From Nitrososphaerota archaeon (GTDB lineage: Archaea > Thermoproteota > Nitrososphaeria > Conexivisphaerales > UBA164), in NCBI GenBank assembly GCA_023381255.1, contig JAMCTX010000003.1, positions 392-64,391 on the forward strand: a stretch of DNA of 64,000 nt. The letters run 5' to 3'. The notes under the pieces were generated by a model, which was given only the letters and a program-made list of their open reading frames with translations, ran no database searches and was not told the origin of the DNA. This document shows positions 27,250-36,979 of the stretch, in pieces (the stretch's first letter is position 1; every line of letters starts with the position of its first letter). The position numbers were made by a program, and so were the translations under genes.

Positions 27250-27375
27250 AATTATATATTGTAATTTCCTGAATAAAAATGTTTTAGTTTTTGCAATTAT
27301 TATAAATGTTAGTTCAATATTGTCAAGTTTATATGCAGAAAATGTTTATTTATTAAAATATATTAATATGCAATC

Positions 27376-28998
27376 ATGGCAGAATTTAGGAACGAATTTA
27401 CGTTCAGGAAATTTTCTGAAGAGGGGCGAGAAAACGAATTTAACTCAAGTTTTGAGCAGGCAGTAGTTGAGGCTGAAAGGGAATGGATTGGCAAAGAATA
27501 CCCTTTGTATGTTGGAGACAGGGAAATTACGCTCGATAGCAAGCTCATAGAAAGGTCTCCAATAGACGGAAGGGTTATCTGCACCTGTCAGAAGGCCGAC
27601 AGGGAAGAAACAAGATTAGCAGTGGAATCGGCGCTCAGGGCCTTTGAAGGATGGCGCGACATGGGCTACATAAAGCGGTCAAGGGTCATGATGAAGGCGG
27701 CAGACCTATTTTCAAAAAACAAGTTCGTGCTTTCCGCGGTTCTTAGCATAGAAAACGGGAAAAACAGGTTCGAGTCAATGGGCGAGGTGGATGAGGCAAT
27801 TGACTTTCTGAGGTACTATGCATCGCAAATGATTAAAAATAAAGGCTATAGCGAAACCGTATACCTGCACGGGTCCAGGGTGAAAGTAAAGCTTGGCTTT
27901 CATGGATCCCCAGGGAGGGGTGAGAGGGTGTCACATTTGATGAAGCCATATGGCGTTTTTGGCGTAATTGCCCCATTTAACTTTCCAGTATCTATATCAA
28001 CAGGCATGAGCTCCGGGGCTATGATCACAGGAAACACGGTAGTATTCAAGCCCTCCTCTACCGGCAACATGTCCATGCTGACTGGGGTATTGCTATACCA
28101 TCTTTTCAGGGATGCCGGCATTCCTCCGGGCGTATTTAACTATGTATCCGGGCCTGGGTCGGTGGTTGGTGATGAGCTTGCCATAAGCAATTCAGTGAGC
28201 GGAATTGTGTTCACGGGCTCGATGGAAGTTGGGATGGGCATGATCAAAAAATCGTACAATCTTGGCCAGAACAAGGCGTTCATAGTTGAGATGGGGGGAA
28301 AGAATTCAACCATAGTTTCAGAAAGCGCGGATTTGGAAGGCGCAGCCGCGGGAGTGGCTGCCGCGGCATTCGGGTTCGGAGGGCAAAAATGCAGTGCGCT
28401 ATCAAGGGTTTACGTTCAAAATGACGTTAGTGAAAGATTCTTGGAGCTGTTGGCTCAGAGGGCCAGAAGCATAAGGGTCGGGAACCCGCTTCAAAAGGAT
28501 GTATATATGGGGCCGCTGATAAGCCGTGAGGCCTATGAGCGGTTTGAATGGGCGGTTGGTCTCGCAGCAAGGGATGGCAAAATAATCTGGGGCGGTAGAG
28601 CGCTTAAAATGGGGCTTGATGGATACTACGTGGAACCAACAATAGCAAGGCTCAGCCACGGTCATGAACTTTATCGGAAGGAGCTGTTCCTGCCCTTCCT
28701 ACTTGTGGACAGTTACCAAAGCTTTGAAGACGCCCTCAGAATGGCAAACGATTCACAATACGGTCTTACTGCAGGGCTGTATTCAAAGAAAAAAAACGAG
28801 ATAACGATGTTCAAAAATACAATCAGCGCGGGGGTAGTTTACATAAACAGATATTCCAGTGCAACTACGGGGGCAATAGTGGGCTTTCACCCGTTTGTGG
28901 GATGGAGGGGAAGCGGAACATCTGGAAAGGGAACCGGGGGAAGGTACTACCTCCTGCAGTTTTTGAGGGAGCAGAGCATTTCAGAAAGTGCAGCTTAA
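27376..28998 (+). CDS. 1-pyrroline-5-carboxylate dehydrogenase (aldehyde dehydrogenase family)
   Basis: ALDH motifs FTGSMEVG, EMGGKN (catalytic Glu), GQKCSA (catalytic Cys). Confidence 0.8.
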   Translation: MAEFRNEFTFRKFSEEGRENEFNSSFEQAVVEAEREWIGKEYPLYVGDREITLDSKLIERSPIDGRVICTCQKADREETRLAVESALRAFEGWRDMGYIKRSRVMMKAADLFSKNKFVLSAVLSIENGKNRFESMGEVDEAIDFLRYYASQMIKNKGYSETVYLHGSRVKVKLGFHGSPGRGERVSHLMKPYGVFGVIAPFNFPVSISTGMSSGAMITGNTVVFKPSSTGNMSMLTGVLLYHLFRDAGIPPGVFNYVSGPGSVVGDELAISNSVSGIVFTGSMEVGMGMIKKSYNLGQNKAFIVEMGGKNSTIVSESADLEGAAAGVAAAAFGFGGQKCSALSRVYVQNDVSERFLELLAQRARSIRVGNPLQKDVYMGPLISREAYERFEWAVGLAARDGKIIWGGRALKMGLDGYYVEPTIARLSHGHELYRKELFLPFLLVDSYQSFEDALRMANDSQYGLTAGLYSKKKNEITMFKNTISAGVVYINRYSSATTGAIVGFHPFVGWRGSGTSGKGTGGRYYLLQFLREQSISESAA

Positions 28999-30602
28999 CT
29001 GCCGGAAAAGGCTCTTTTCAGTTCCTTTTTATCAACCTTGTTTGTGCTAGTCCTTGGCATGGTCTCTATGAAAACAATCCTGTCTGGAATCCACCATTTT
29101 TGAATGCGTCCTATCTGCACATATTTGTCAAGATGGTTGTATATTTCCCTTTCACCTACCTCGCCCTTTTTAGTGATAAAAGCAACCGGTCGTTCGCCCC
29201 ACTTTTCATCGGGTATTCCCACCACCGCTACTTCGTTCACTCCATTTACTTCGCTTAACACGTTTTCCACTATTAGCGTGGGTATGAACTCCCCGCCGCT
29301 CTTTACCGCATCCTTTTCCCGGTCCACTATATGAATATATCCGAGTTTGTCAATTACGGCAAGATCCCCGGTGTGAAGCCAGCCGCCCCTCCATAGCTCT
29401 TGGGATTTTTCAGGGTCAAGGTAATACCCCTGGGTCAACCATGGCGCCCTTGCAACTACCTCACCAACTGTGCTGCTGTCCCATGGAACTTCTTTTCCAG
29501 AACTGTCGATCACCTTTACGTTAGCCATAGGCACTGGCAGTCCTGCGCTTGTAAGATAGTCCATAACTTCGTCTTCAGAAAGCCTTATTGCCTGGTCGTT
29601 TTTAACGGCTATGGTCAGTACTGGGCATGTTTCAGACAAACCATATCCTCCGATTGCCATTATGCCAAATTTTTTCGCCTTTTCAGCAAGGCCCCTTGGC
29701 AATGCAGCACCTCCTATTATAACCTTCCACCCCTGGAGATAATCCCTGAACTCCTCAACGTTAGGCGCATTTAAAATCATATAAAGTATCGAAGGAACCA
29801 TCGTGGAAAATGTTACCTTTTCTTTTTTCAAGAGGCCCAGCAGCACTTGAGGCTCATACTTTCCCGGCAGAACGTACTTGTTTCCATTGAGCAGAGCCAC
29901 GTATGGCATTCCCCAGGAATGAACGTGAAACATTGGAACAAGAGACATAAATGCATCAGTGTCAGTAAGTGACAGCGGCGGGTATTTCATGAATGCAACC
30001 AGCGAAAGCGTATGGAGAAACAGGTTCCTGTGGGTAAAAGTAACGCCCTTTGGCATTCCGGTCGTGCCTGAAGTGTAAAACACTGTAGCCTGAGAGTTTT
30101 CATCAACATCAGGTGGTTCGCATTTAGTACTCTTAACAAGATCGTCATAATCATAATGCGGCGAAAGCAAGGTCTGCACCTTTTTTGTTACATCTGAGTA
30201 GGTTATCCAGCCCTTAATAAAATCAAATAGTGGGGCACTTTTTTCGAGAATCGGGACAAATTCATCCCTCACAATAACATATTTGTCACCAGCATGGTTC
30301 ATTGTGAGATATATCAGCTCTGGCGGATACCTGATATTGACCGTGTGCATCACAGCTCCAGACATGGGTATGGCAAAATATGATTCCATATATGTGGTTG
30401 TGTCCCAGTCAAGAACACCAATCACATCACCCTTTTTTACACCAATTTCTTGCAGGCCTGCACAAAGGCCATTTACCCTGTCCAAAAATTCGGAATAGGT
30501 GTACCTCTTGATATCCCTGTAGACAATTTCCTTAGACCCAAACAGTCTTTTTGTGTTTGAGAAAAGGTTTTTCAAATTAAGCTGATAATTATAGGTTTCC
30601 AT
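28995..30602 (-). CDS. fatty-acid--CoA ligase (AMP-binding enzyme)
   Basis: FYTSGTTGMPKGV AMP-binding motif, GYGLSET, TGD. Confidence 0.85.
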   Translation of the reverse strand: METYNYQLNLKNLFSNTKRLFGSKEIVYRDIKRYTYSEFLDRVNGLCAGLQEIGVKKGDVIGVLDWDTTTYMESYFAIPMSGAVMHTVNIRYPPELIYLTMNHAGDKYVIVRDEFVPILEKSAPLFDFIKGWITYSDVTKKVQTLLSPHYDYDDLVKSTKCEPPDVDENSQATVFYTSGTTGMPKGVTFTHRNLFLHTLSLVAFMKYPPLSLTDTDAFMSLVPMFHVHSWGMPYVALLNGNKYVLPGKYEPQVLLGLLKKEKVTFSTMVPSILYMILNAPNVEEFRDYLQGWKVIIGGAALPRGLAEKAKKFGIMAIGGYGLSETCPVLTIAVKNDQAIRLSEDEVMDYLTSAGLPVPMANVKVIDSSGKEVPWDSSTVGEVVARAPWLTQGYYLDPEKSQELWRGGWLHTGDLAVIDKLGYIHIVDREKDAVKSGGEFIPTLIVENVLSEVNGVNEVAVVGIPDEKWGERPVAFITKKGEVGEREIYNHLDKYVQIGRIQKWWIPDRIVFIETMPRTSTNKVDKKELKRAFSGS

Positions 30603-30652
30603 ATTAGTTAATTATAAACTACCACAATTTAAATTTTACCAATGAGCACTCG

Positions 30653-30789
30653 GGTGATGCCGATATGTTAATGTATTTTCTTTTGGCTTTGGCTTGCGAG
30701 CCTCATAATTGTGATATGGCATTCAAGCGTATTAACTATAAATCCAATATTTTCTAAAATGTTGTCTAAATTACCGCATCGGCATCACC
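30653..30789. repeat. 12-bp perfect inverted repeat enclosing 113 nt in a 424-bp intergenic region
   Basis: GGTGATGCCGAT (30653-30664) and ATCGGCATCACC (30778-30789). Confidence 0.8.
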
Positions 30790-31026
30790 TTCTAGGCATG
30801 GCGGCTTTGCGCTTTAGCAAGCGGCGGCAGTTAAAGTGATTCTGCGTACTTTAGGCGGTTGTATTTTTTTCGCTTAAAACATGATTCTCATCAACATAGC
30901 CGGCAATTAACCCTTGCAGCTAGATTTATATTTTTGTAATGTTTAACTATATTTTAAATTGGTCATAAATCCTGGTTTGCAAACTAGTATGAAAAATTTA
31001 AACCAGTGTAACAGGGCGAACATAGA

Positions 31027-32868
31027 TTGAGCTTTTTGATGTATGTTACTTTTTACTTTACATATGCGCTGGTCCTGTTCAGCGTCATTTCAATATTATA
31101 TACATTTGCGCTTTGGAGCAAAAGGTATTCCGTGGTTATTGGCATCAATAGAATATGGAAACTAGGAGTCGAGGAGATAAACAGGTTAATTAGGGGCGAT
31201 TCCATCGACAGAATGCACTTTGCAATAGTTGTTGGGCTTTTGCTATCCATTGCATTTGCCCTGCTGGGGCCAGTGCTTGATTACCTCTGGCCGCTACTTT
31301 ACTTAATGCTGGTCCTGTCTCTGCCGGCCATTGCCGGATTGCTGTGGTCACTCTCATGGAGACTGCAATTGCTCGGAAGAAGTGACAAGCTCAACAGGAA
31401 ACTCGGAGGGAGCAAAGATATGATTTTCAACTCAAAAAAGCTTCAGATCATCCTGATAATCGTTATATCTTTCACAATAGCCCAGCTCATAGTTGAATGG
31501 ATCAGCGGATTAGGATGGCTTGCAAACCTGCTCGATGCAGCAAAGAACCTCTTTATAGCGTTTTATTACGTCAGGCCATCAATCAACCTGATCAAGAACT
31601 TTGACAGGCCTGTTAACAGGATGCAGATTCCATTTGAGTTGAAAAAAATACAATCAGGAGAGGTAGATGCGGCGCAGGTAAAAATGGGTGTTGATAAAAT
31701 AGGGGAACTGAACAAAGATACAATAGCATCCTGTGATTCGTGTGTAGAAATAGGGGCCTGCGAGGCAGCGTGTCCCGCAACGGCTACTGGTAGAATATTA
31801 TCACCAAGGGTTCTTGTAAGGAAGGTTAGTGTGCTCAAGTCATCTGGAGGCTCGAGCGCAGACCCTTTTAATGTTATTTCTGATGACGAGGTTTGGTCAT
31901 GCACAACCTGCGGCGCCTGTGTTTATTCCTGCCCGGTTGGAGTTGACCATCTGGGGCTGATTTATTCCCTTAGGAGGACCATGGTGGAAAAGAACAGGCT
32001 GGACCAGAAAAAATCATCTCTGCTGATGAATTTAATGCAAGGTGGAAATTCAATTGGAATGCCAAACTACGGAAGAAATTCCTGGATAAAGGAGGAATTT
32101 GGGATAAGCGAAGCCAGGGATGGGAAGCCGTTTGAGTACCTTCTCTGGGTTGGCTGTATGCCAAGCTTTGACGAAAGATCGAGAGAAAGCGTAAAGTCGC
32201 TGCTTAAAATTATCAAGGAAGCCGGGCTTTCCGATAAGCTGGCATACCTGGGAGAGGAGGAAACGTGCTGCGGCGATCCTGCGCGCAGGCTTGGAGAGGA
32301 GGGAACGTTCCAGAATTATGCACTTACAAACATTGAAATATTCAAAAAATACGGCGTAAAAAAGCTGGTTGTGCTCTGCGCACACGGATACAATTCTTTT
32401 ACAAACGATTACACCAGCATTGATTCATCAATGAACGGGATAAAGGTGTACCATGAATCACAGCTGATCGAGGAACTTATTGAAAAAGGGAGCATCAAGC
32501 TCAAAAAGGTTGAAGAGGACATAACCCTGCATGATCCATGCTACCTTGCCAGGTACAACGGCGTTGTTGAGCCGCAGAGGCTTATACTTTCCAGAACCGC
32601 AAATCTGAAGGAGCCCAAATTGAGCGGCGAGAGGACATTTTGCTGCGGGGCGGGTGGCGCAAATTACTGGTATGACGTCCCCGAGGAAAAGAGGATCAGC
32701 CATGAAAGGATAGATCAGCTCTCAGCCACGGGGGCAAAGGTTACGGTCACGCTGTGCCCATTTTGCAATGCAATGCTGAATGACGCTTCAAGTGTTAAGC
32801 TGGGCGGGTCCATGAAGGTAATTGACCTTTCGCAGTATGTTGAAGAACATATGAATAAAGGCAGCTAA
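31027..32868 (+). CDS. membrane-anchored Fe-S oxidoreductase with CCG domains (HdrD/GlpC/DUF224-like, ETF-linked)
   Basis: N-terminal TM segments. CDSCVEIGACEAACP and CTTCGACVYSCP ferredoxin motifs. Two CCG motifs (EETCCGDP, TFCCGAGG). Adjacent to etfA/etfB. Confidence 0.75.
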   Translation: MSFLMYVTFYFTYALVLFSVISILYTFALWSKRYSVVIGINRIWKLGVEEINRLIRGDSIDRMHFAIVVGLLLSIAFALLGPVLDYLWPLLYLMLVLSLPAIAGLLWSLSWRLQLLGRSDKLNRKLGGSKDMIFNSKKLQIILIIVISFTIAQLIVEWISGLGWLANLLDAAKNLFIAFYYVRPSINLIKNFDRPVNRMQIPFELKKIQSGEVDAAQVKMGVDKIGELNKDTIASCDSCVEIGACEAACPATATGRILSPRVLVRKVSVLKSSGGSSADPFNVISDDEVWSCTTCGACVYSCPVGVDHLGLIYSLRRTMVEKNRLDQKKSSLLMNLMQGGNSIGMPNYGRNSWIKEEFGISEARDGKPFEYLLWVGCMPSFDERSRESVKSLLKIIKEAGLSDKLAYLGEEETCCGDPARRLGEEGTFQNYALTNIEIFKKYGVKKLVVLCAHGYNSFTNDYTSIDSSMNGIKVYHESQLIEELIEKGSIKLKKVEEDITLHDPCYLARYNGVVEPQRLILSRTANLKEPKLSGERTFCCGAGGANYWYDVPEEKRISHERIDQLSATGAKVTVTLCPFCNAMLNDASSVKLGGSMKVIDLSQYVEEHMNKGS

Positions 32869-32899
32869 AGTTTATAACAACGCGCATCAAATTAATTTT

Positions 32900-33793
32900 A
32901 TGAAGAGTTTAATATTTTCAGAAAGCGCAGAAATCATAAAGGAGATGCTGAACTTTCTTAACGGAAAAATGGAGGCAGATGTTGCTTTTGCCGGGGAAAC
33001 GAGCGAAGCTCCGCTTTTTGCTGCAAAAAAGGTATTTATTATAGACAGTTATCCCTATGATCCCCAGACGGTAGCCCTTGCCCTTGAAGGCATTGTGGGT
33101 GGTTACGACTACTTTTTTGTGGGGGCTACAACGGTAGGGAGAGAGGTGGCCGCAATGGTATCGCAGGACATGAACATGCCAATGGAATCAGAAATAATGT
33201 CATTTGGGCTGGAGAATGGTCAGGCTAAGGTTTCCAGGTTCTATTATGGCGGGAAGACTGTGATGGAAAAGATAACTTCCGCCAGGGTATTTACTGTAAT
33301 GGCTGGCATTTCTGACCAACTGGTTCCTGATAAGCCATATGAACAGGAGGTAATCATGGTCCATGTCCAGAGCGGCGGCATAAACCTCATTTCAAGGGAG
33401 GAAAAACAGAAAGGCTCTGTTGACTTGACAAAAGCTGACATAATAGTTGCTGTGGGAAGAGGCATAGGCAAAAAGGAGGGACTGGAAGTGGCTGAGCAGC
33501 TGGCCTCTGCACTGGGAGCCGAACTTGCAGGCAGCAGACCAGTTTGTTCAGACCTGCACTGGCTGGGTGAAGAAAGGCAGGTTGGCCTGTCTGGGAAGAG
33601 GGTAAAGCCGAAGGTTTATATTGCGCTTGGAATATCTGGTCAGATCCAGCATATAGTTGGGATGAGAGATTCAAAAACTGTTATAGCAATCAACAGGGAC
33701 AAAAGCGCCCCGATATTCAATGAATGCGATTACGGGCTGGTCGGCGATTTGTATGCCATAGTGCCCAAACTTGTCCAGGCCATCAGGTCCTAG
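32900..33793 (+). CDS. etfA: electron transfer flavoprotein alpha subunit
   Basis: YIALGISGQIQHIVGMRDSKTVIAINRDKSAPIF...DYGLVGDL. Confidence 0.85.
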   Translation: MKSLIFSESAEIIKEMLNFLNGKMEADVAFAGETSEAPLFAAKKVFIIDSYPYDPQTVALALEGIVGGYDYFFVGATTVGREVAAMVSQDMNMPMESEIMSFGLENGQAKVSRFYYGGKTVMEKITSARVFTVMAGISDQLVPDKPYEQEVIMVHVQSGGINLISREEKQKGSVDLTKADIIVAVGRGIGKKEGLEVAEQLASALGAELAGSRPVCSDLHWLGEERQVGLSGKRVKPKVYIALGISGQIQHIVGMRDSKTVIAINRDKSAPIFNECDYGLVGDLYAIVPKLVQAIRS

Positions 33794-34521
33794 CCCTTTA
33801 GAACCCTTGATATTTCTTCAACCCCTTTTGCTATATCTTCATAAACGATCCTTTTTCTAGCAGATTGGGGCGCAATGTTGCTAACCACTTTATAGTCATC
33901 CGGGTAATTTATTGAGGGGGTTTCAACCTTAAGCGGCTTTCTTGATGCAGCCATAATCTGCAACAGTGTGGGTATTCTCGGAACGTTGATTTCCTGGGCA
34001 ACAGATACAACAACCGGCAGCTCGCCCTCTACTAAAGCATTAAATTCTTCAAGCTCAAGGGTGGCTCTTGCCTTGCGCTCGTTTAACTCGAGCTTAATGG
34101 CGTTTCCCATGAGCGGCCTGTTCAATAACCTGGCAATCCTAGGTGGCAATTGTGCTGTATAGCTATCTGCAGAGGAGTATCCCATAAGAATCAGGTCCCA
34201 TGTGGTTTCCTGCAGCTTTTTAGAAATTATTTGGGCCGTGATTCGAGGGTCGTTTTCCCTGTACCCCTTGATCATGAATCCTTCGTCCAGTCCCATGGCC
34301 AGCGCCTCCTTGATGACGATGCCTGCATAATCATCCCCAAATATAATGCCCGAGGCTTTTCCTCCGTGCTTTTCCTTAATTCTTACAGCTTCCTCAACAG
34401 CGTTCCTGCTTATGTCATCCATTTTATACTTGGCCCCGGCAACCGAAGGCTCCCCTGTTTTTGGGTCTATTCTTACGTCATCAACAACCGCCTTGATCAG
34501 AACAAAGGTGTTATAACTCAT
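33790..34521 (-). CDS. etfB: electron transfer flavoprotein beta subunit
   Basis: ETF-beta length and pattern. Convergent with etfA, 4-nt overlap. Confidence 0.8.
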   Translation of the reverse strand: MSYNTFVLIKAVVDDVRIDPKTGEPSVAGAKYKMDDISRNAVEEAVRIKEKHGGKASGIIFGDDYAGIVIKEALAMGLDEGFMIKGYRENDPRITAQIISKKLQETTWDLILMGYSSADSYTAQLPPRIARLLNRPLMGNAIKLELNERKARATLELEEFNALVEGELPVVVSVAQEINVPRIPTLLQIMAASRKPLKVETPSINYPDDYKVVSNIAPQSARKRIVYEDIAKGVEEISRVLKG

Positions 34522-34649
34522 TTAAAATTAAATTATAGCTTGATGGATATTAAATTTTCTGTTTTTTTGGCATATTCTGTACATTCAACCATTTGTGAAT
34601 CGCTTTTTGAAAATGTTTATAAGAAACCATTGCATATTAAAACACGAAA

Positions 34650-34991
34650 ATGACCTCCTACGAAGTTTTGGAAATGGTTGTGAACAAGTTGAATATGAAT
34701 TCTTCGCTCAAAGAGGAGCTCAAGCAGTTTGCCGGGAAGACATTTCAATTTAAGCCCAACAACGGCCCAGAGTATTATGCAAGTTTTGGTGCAGATGGCA
34801 CGGCCCAGATTTCTCAGGGAAATAGCCAGAAGCCTGATACAGTTATTTCAGCTGACGACCAGGTTCTAAGTGATGTGATAACTGGCAAGACAGACGCCGT
34901 GCGGGCATTCTTTATGGGGAAGCTGAAGGTTTCTGGGGACGTGTTCCTTTCACAGAAGCTTGTTTCAGTTGTGAAGAAAGCTACTCAGTGA
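34650..34991 (+). CDS. SCP2 sterol-carrier-like domain protein
   Basis: 113 aa. C-terminal AFFMGKLKVSGD is typical of SCP2 domains. Confidence 0.65.
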   Translation: MTSYEVLEMVVNKLNMNSSLKEELKQFAGKTFQFKPNNGPEYYASFGADGTAQISQGNSQKPDTVISADDQVLSDVITGKTDAVRAFFMGKLKVSGDVFLSQKLVSVVKKATQ

Positions 34992-34997
34992 AATAAA

Positions 34998-36971
34998 TTG
35001 GAAATTAATAAGGTTGCAATAATAGGCGCGGGTGAAATGGGCCACGGGATAGCTGAGCTTTTTGCCATGAGCGGCTATTCCGTGAATTTGATAGACGTAA
35101 GTCAGGATGCGCTTCAAAAAGCCCTGCAGGGCATAAGGGAAAGCCTTGAAAGATTTGTCAAGAGGGGAACGATGACTGAAGATAGTGCGCAGGGTATAGT
35201 ATCCGGCATAAGGACTTTTACCAAAATAAGCGAGGGAGTGAGCGAAGCAGACTTGATCATTGAAGCTGTGCCTGAAAAGCTGGAAATAAAGGATGCAGTG
35301 TTCAGGGAAATAAGCTCATATGCTAGGGTCGATGCCATTATAGGTTCAAACACCTCCAACATCAGAATAACTGAGCTTTCAAAGAGCGTAACCAATCCAG
35401 CCAGGTTTCTGGGGGTGCACTTCTTTAACCCGCCAGTGATCATGAAGCTTGTAGAGGTAATCAGGGGGGAGGACACAAGCGAAGACGTGGTAAACACTGT
35501 ATATGAGGCTATGAAAAGGCTTGGCAAGGTTCCAGTTAAAGTAAAAAAGGATGTGGCTGGCTTTATAGTAAACCGCATATCAGCTCCTGAAATGCTCTAC
35601 TTTTGCTTGATACTCGACAAAGGAATGGCCAAACCAGAGGAAGTTGACCTGTTTGCCAAATCTCAGGGATTGCCAATGGGACCATATGAACTGATGGATT
35701 TTGTGGGTCTAGATGTGGTATATGATTCAATGGCTTACTATGCCAAGGAGATCTCTGAAGATTATGCAAAGTGCAGCACAATAAAGCAGATGGTGGAAAA
35801 GGGCATGCTTGGCAGAAAGGCTGGCAGGGGGTTCTACCAGTGGAGCTCCGGCAAGGCAATTATCGGTTCAGCCAGCCCCACTGATAAGGTAACTCTACTT
35901 GACGTTCTGGTGCTTGAAGTAAACGAAGCTGTCAAGCTGATAGAACTTGGCGTTGCTTCCCCGGATGACATCGAGACGGCTGTAAAGTTGGGGCTTAACA
36001 GGCCATTTGGCCCAATTTCCGTGGCACAGAGTATAACAAGTTCGGAAGCGAGGGAAAAACTTGATAAGATTTCAAAGGAATTTCAGTGTAGCGTTTTTGA
36101 GCCTGCTGCTAGCATAAGGGACGGGAAGCTCAGGGATGCCATAGAAGGCAAGCTTAAACCAGCTGAAGAAACTGTTCCTGCAGCACAGCAACCTGCCGGA
36201 TATAAGGTAATAAACGTGGAGAAAGTTGCTGACAGGATTGCCAAGATAAGCATTAACAGGCCAAAGCTAAATTTGCTTAGCGTTGACGTTATAAATGAGC
36301 TTGATAGGGCAATTGATGAACTGTGGAACGACCGGGAAACCTTTGTGATACTTATTACGGGGTCGGGGGCAAACTTTTCTGCAGGTGCCGACCTCAGCAC
36401 GTATTTCGCAGATGCAACATCGTTCATGGAGTTTTCAAGAAAGGGAGAGCGGGTGTTTCGCAAGTTAACGGAGATCCCAAAAGTAGTAATAGCTTCATTA
36501 AAGGGCTATGTGCTTGGGGGCGGGCTTGAGCTTGCCCTTGCGTGCGATATCAGGGTTTCAACCAGCAGTTCCACAATAGGGTTCCCGGAGGTTACGCTGG
36601 GGCTTGTTCCCGGCTGGGGGGGCACGCAGAGATTGACCAGGCTGGTTGGCGCATCAAGGGCCATGCGCATGATACTTACTGGCGAAAGGATCACTGGAAA
36701 GGACGCATATGATATGGGATTGGTGGCAAAGCTGTTTGACGGAGATATTGATGCGGAAGCGCTGAAATATGCTCAGGGGATAGCATCTTCGTCAGCCCCA
36801 ATAGCAGCCGCTCTGGCAAAGAAGCTCATAAACAAAGCAGCAGAGGTTCCAGAAGATGTGGGGCTCGATCTGGAATCAACAGCTATGGGTGTGCTGTATG
36901 GAACAGAAGACCTGAAGGAGGGTGTTTCAAGCCTGCTTTCGAAGACGAAGCCCGTCTACAGGGGGAAGTGA
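34998..36971 (+). CDS. bifunctional 3-hydroxyacyl-CoA dehydrogenase / enoyl-CoA hydratase
   Basis: N-terminal VAIIGAGEMGHGIA Rossmann motif. C-terminal crotonase motifs GSGANFSAGADL and GYVLGGGLELALACD. Confidence 0.9.
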   Translation: MEINKVAIIGAGEMGHGIAELFAMSGYSVNLIDVSQDALQKALQGIRESLERFVKRGTMTEDSAQGIVSGIRTFTKISEGVSEADLIIEAVPEKLEIKDAVFREISSYARVDAIIGSNTSNIRITELSKSVTNPARFLGVHFFNPPVIMKLVEVIRGEDTSEDVVNTVYEAMKRLGKVPVKVKKDVAGFIVNRISAPEMLYFCLILDKGMAKPEEVDLFAKSQGLPMGPYELMDFVGLDVVYDSMAYYAKEISEDYAKCSTIKQMVEKGMLGRKAGRGFYQWSSGKAIIGSASPTDKVTLLDVLVLEVNEAVKLIELGVASPDDIETAVKLGLNRPFGPISVAQSITSSEAREKLDKISKEFQCSVFEPAASIRDGKLRDAIEGKLKPAEETVPAAQQPAGYKVINVEKVADRIAKISINRPKLNLLSVDVINELDRAIDELWNDRETFVILITGSGANFSAGADLSTYFADATSFMEFSRKGERVFRKLTEIPKVVIASLKGYVLGGGLELALACDIRVSTSSSTIGFPEVTLGLVPGWGGTQRLTRLVGASRAMRMILTGERITGKDAYDMGLVAKLFDGDIDAEALKYAQGIASSSAPIAAALAKKLINKAAEVPEDVGLDLESTAMGVLYGTEDLKEGVSSLLSKTKPVYRGK

Positions 36972-36979
36972 AATAATTT

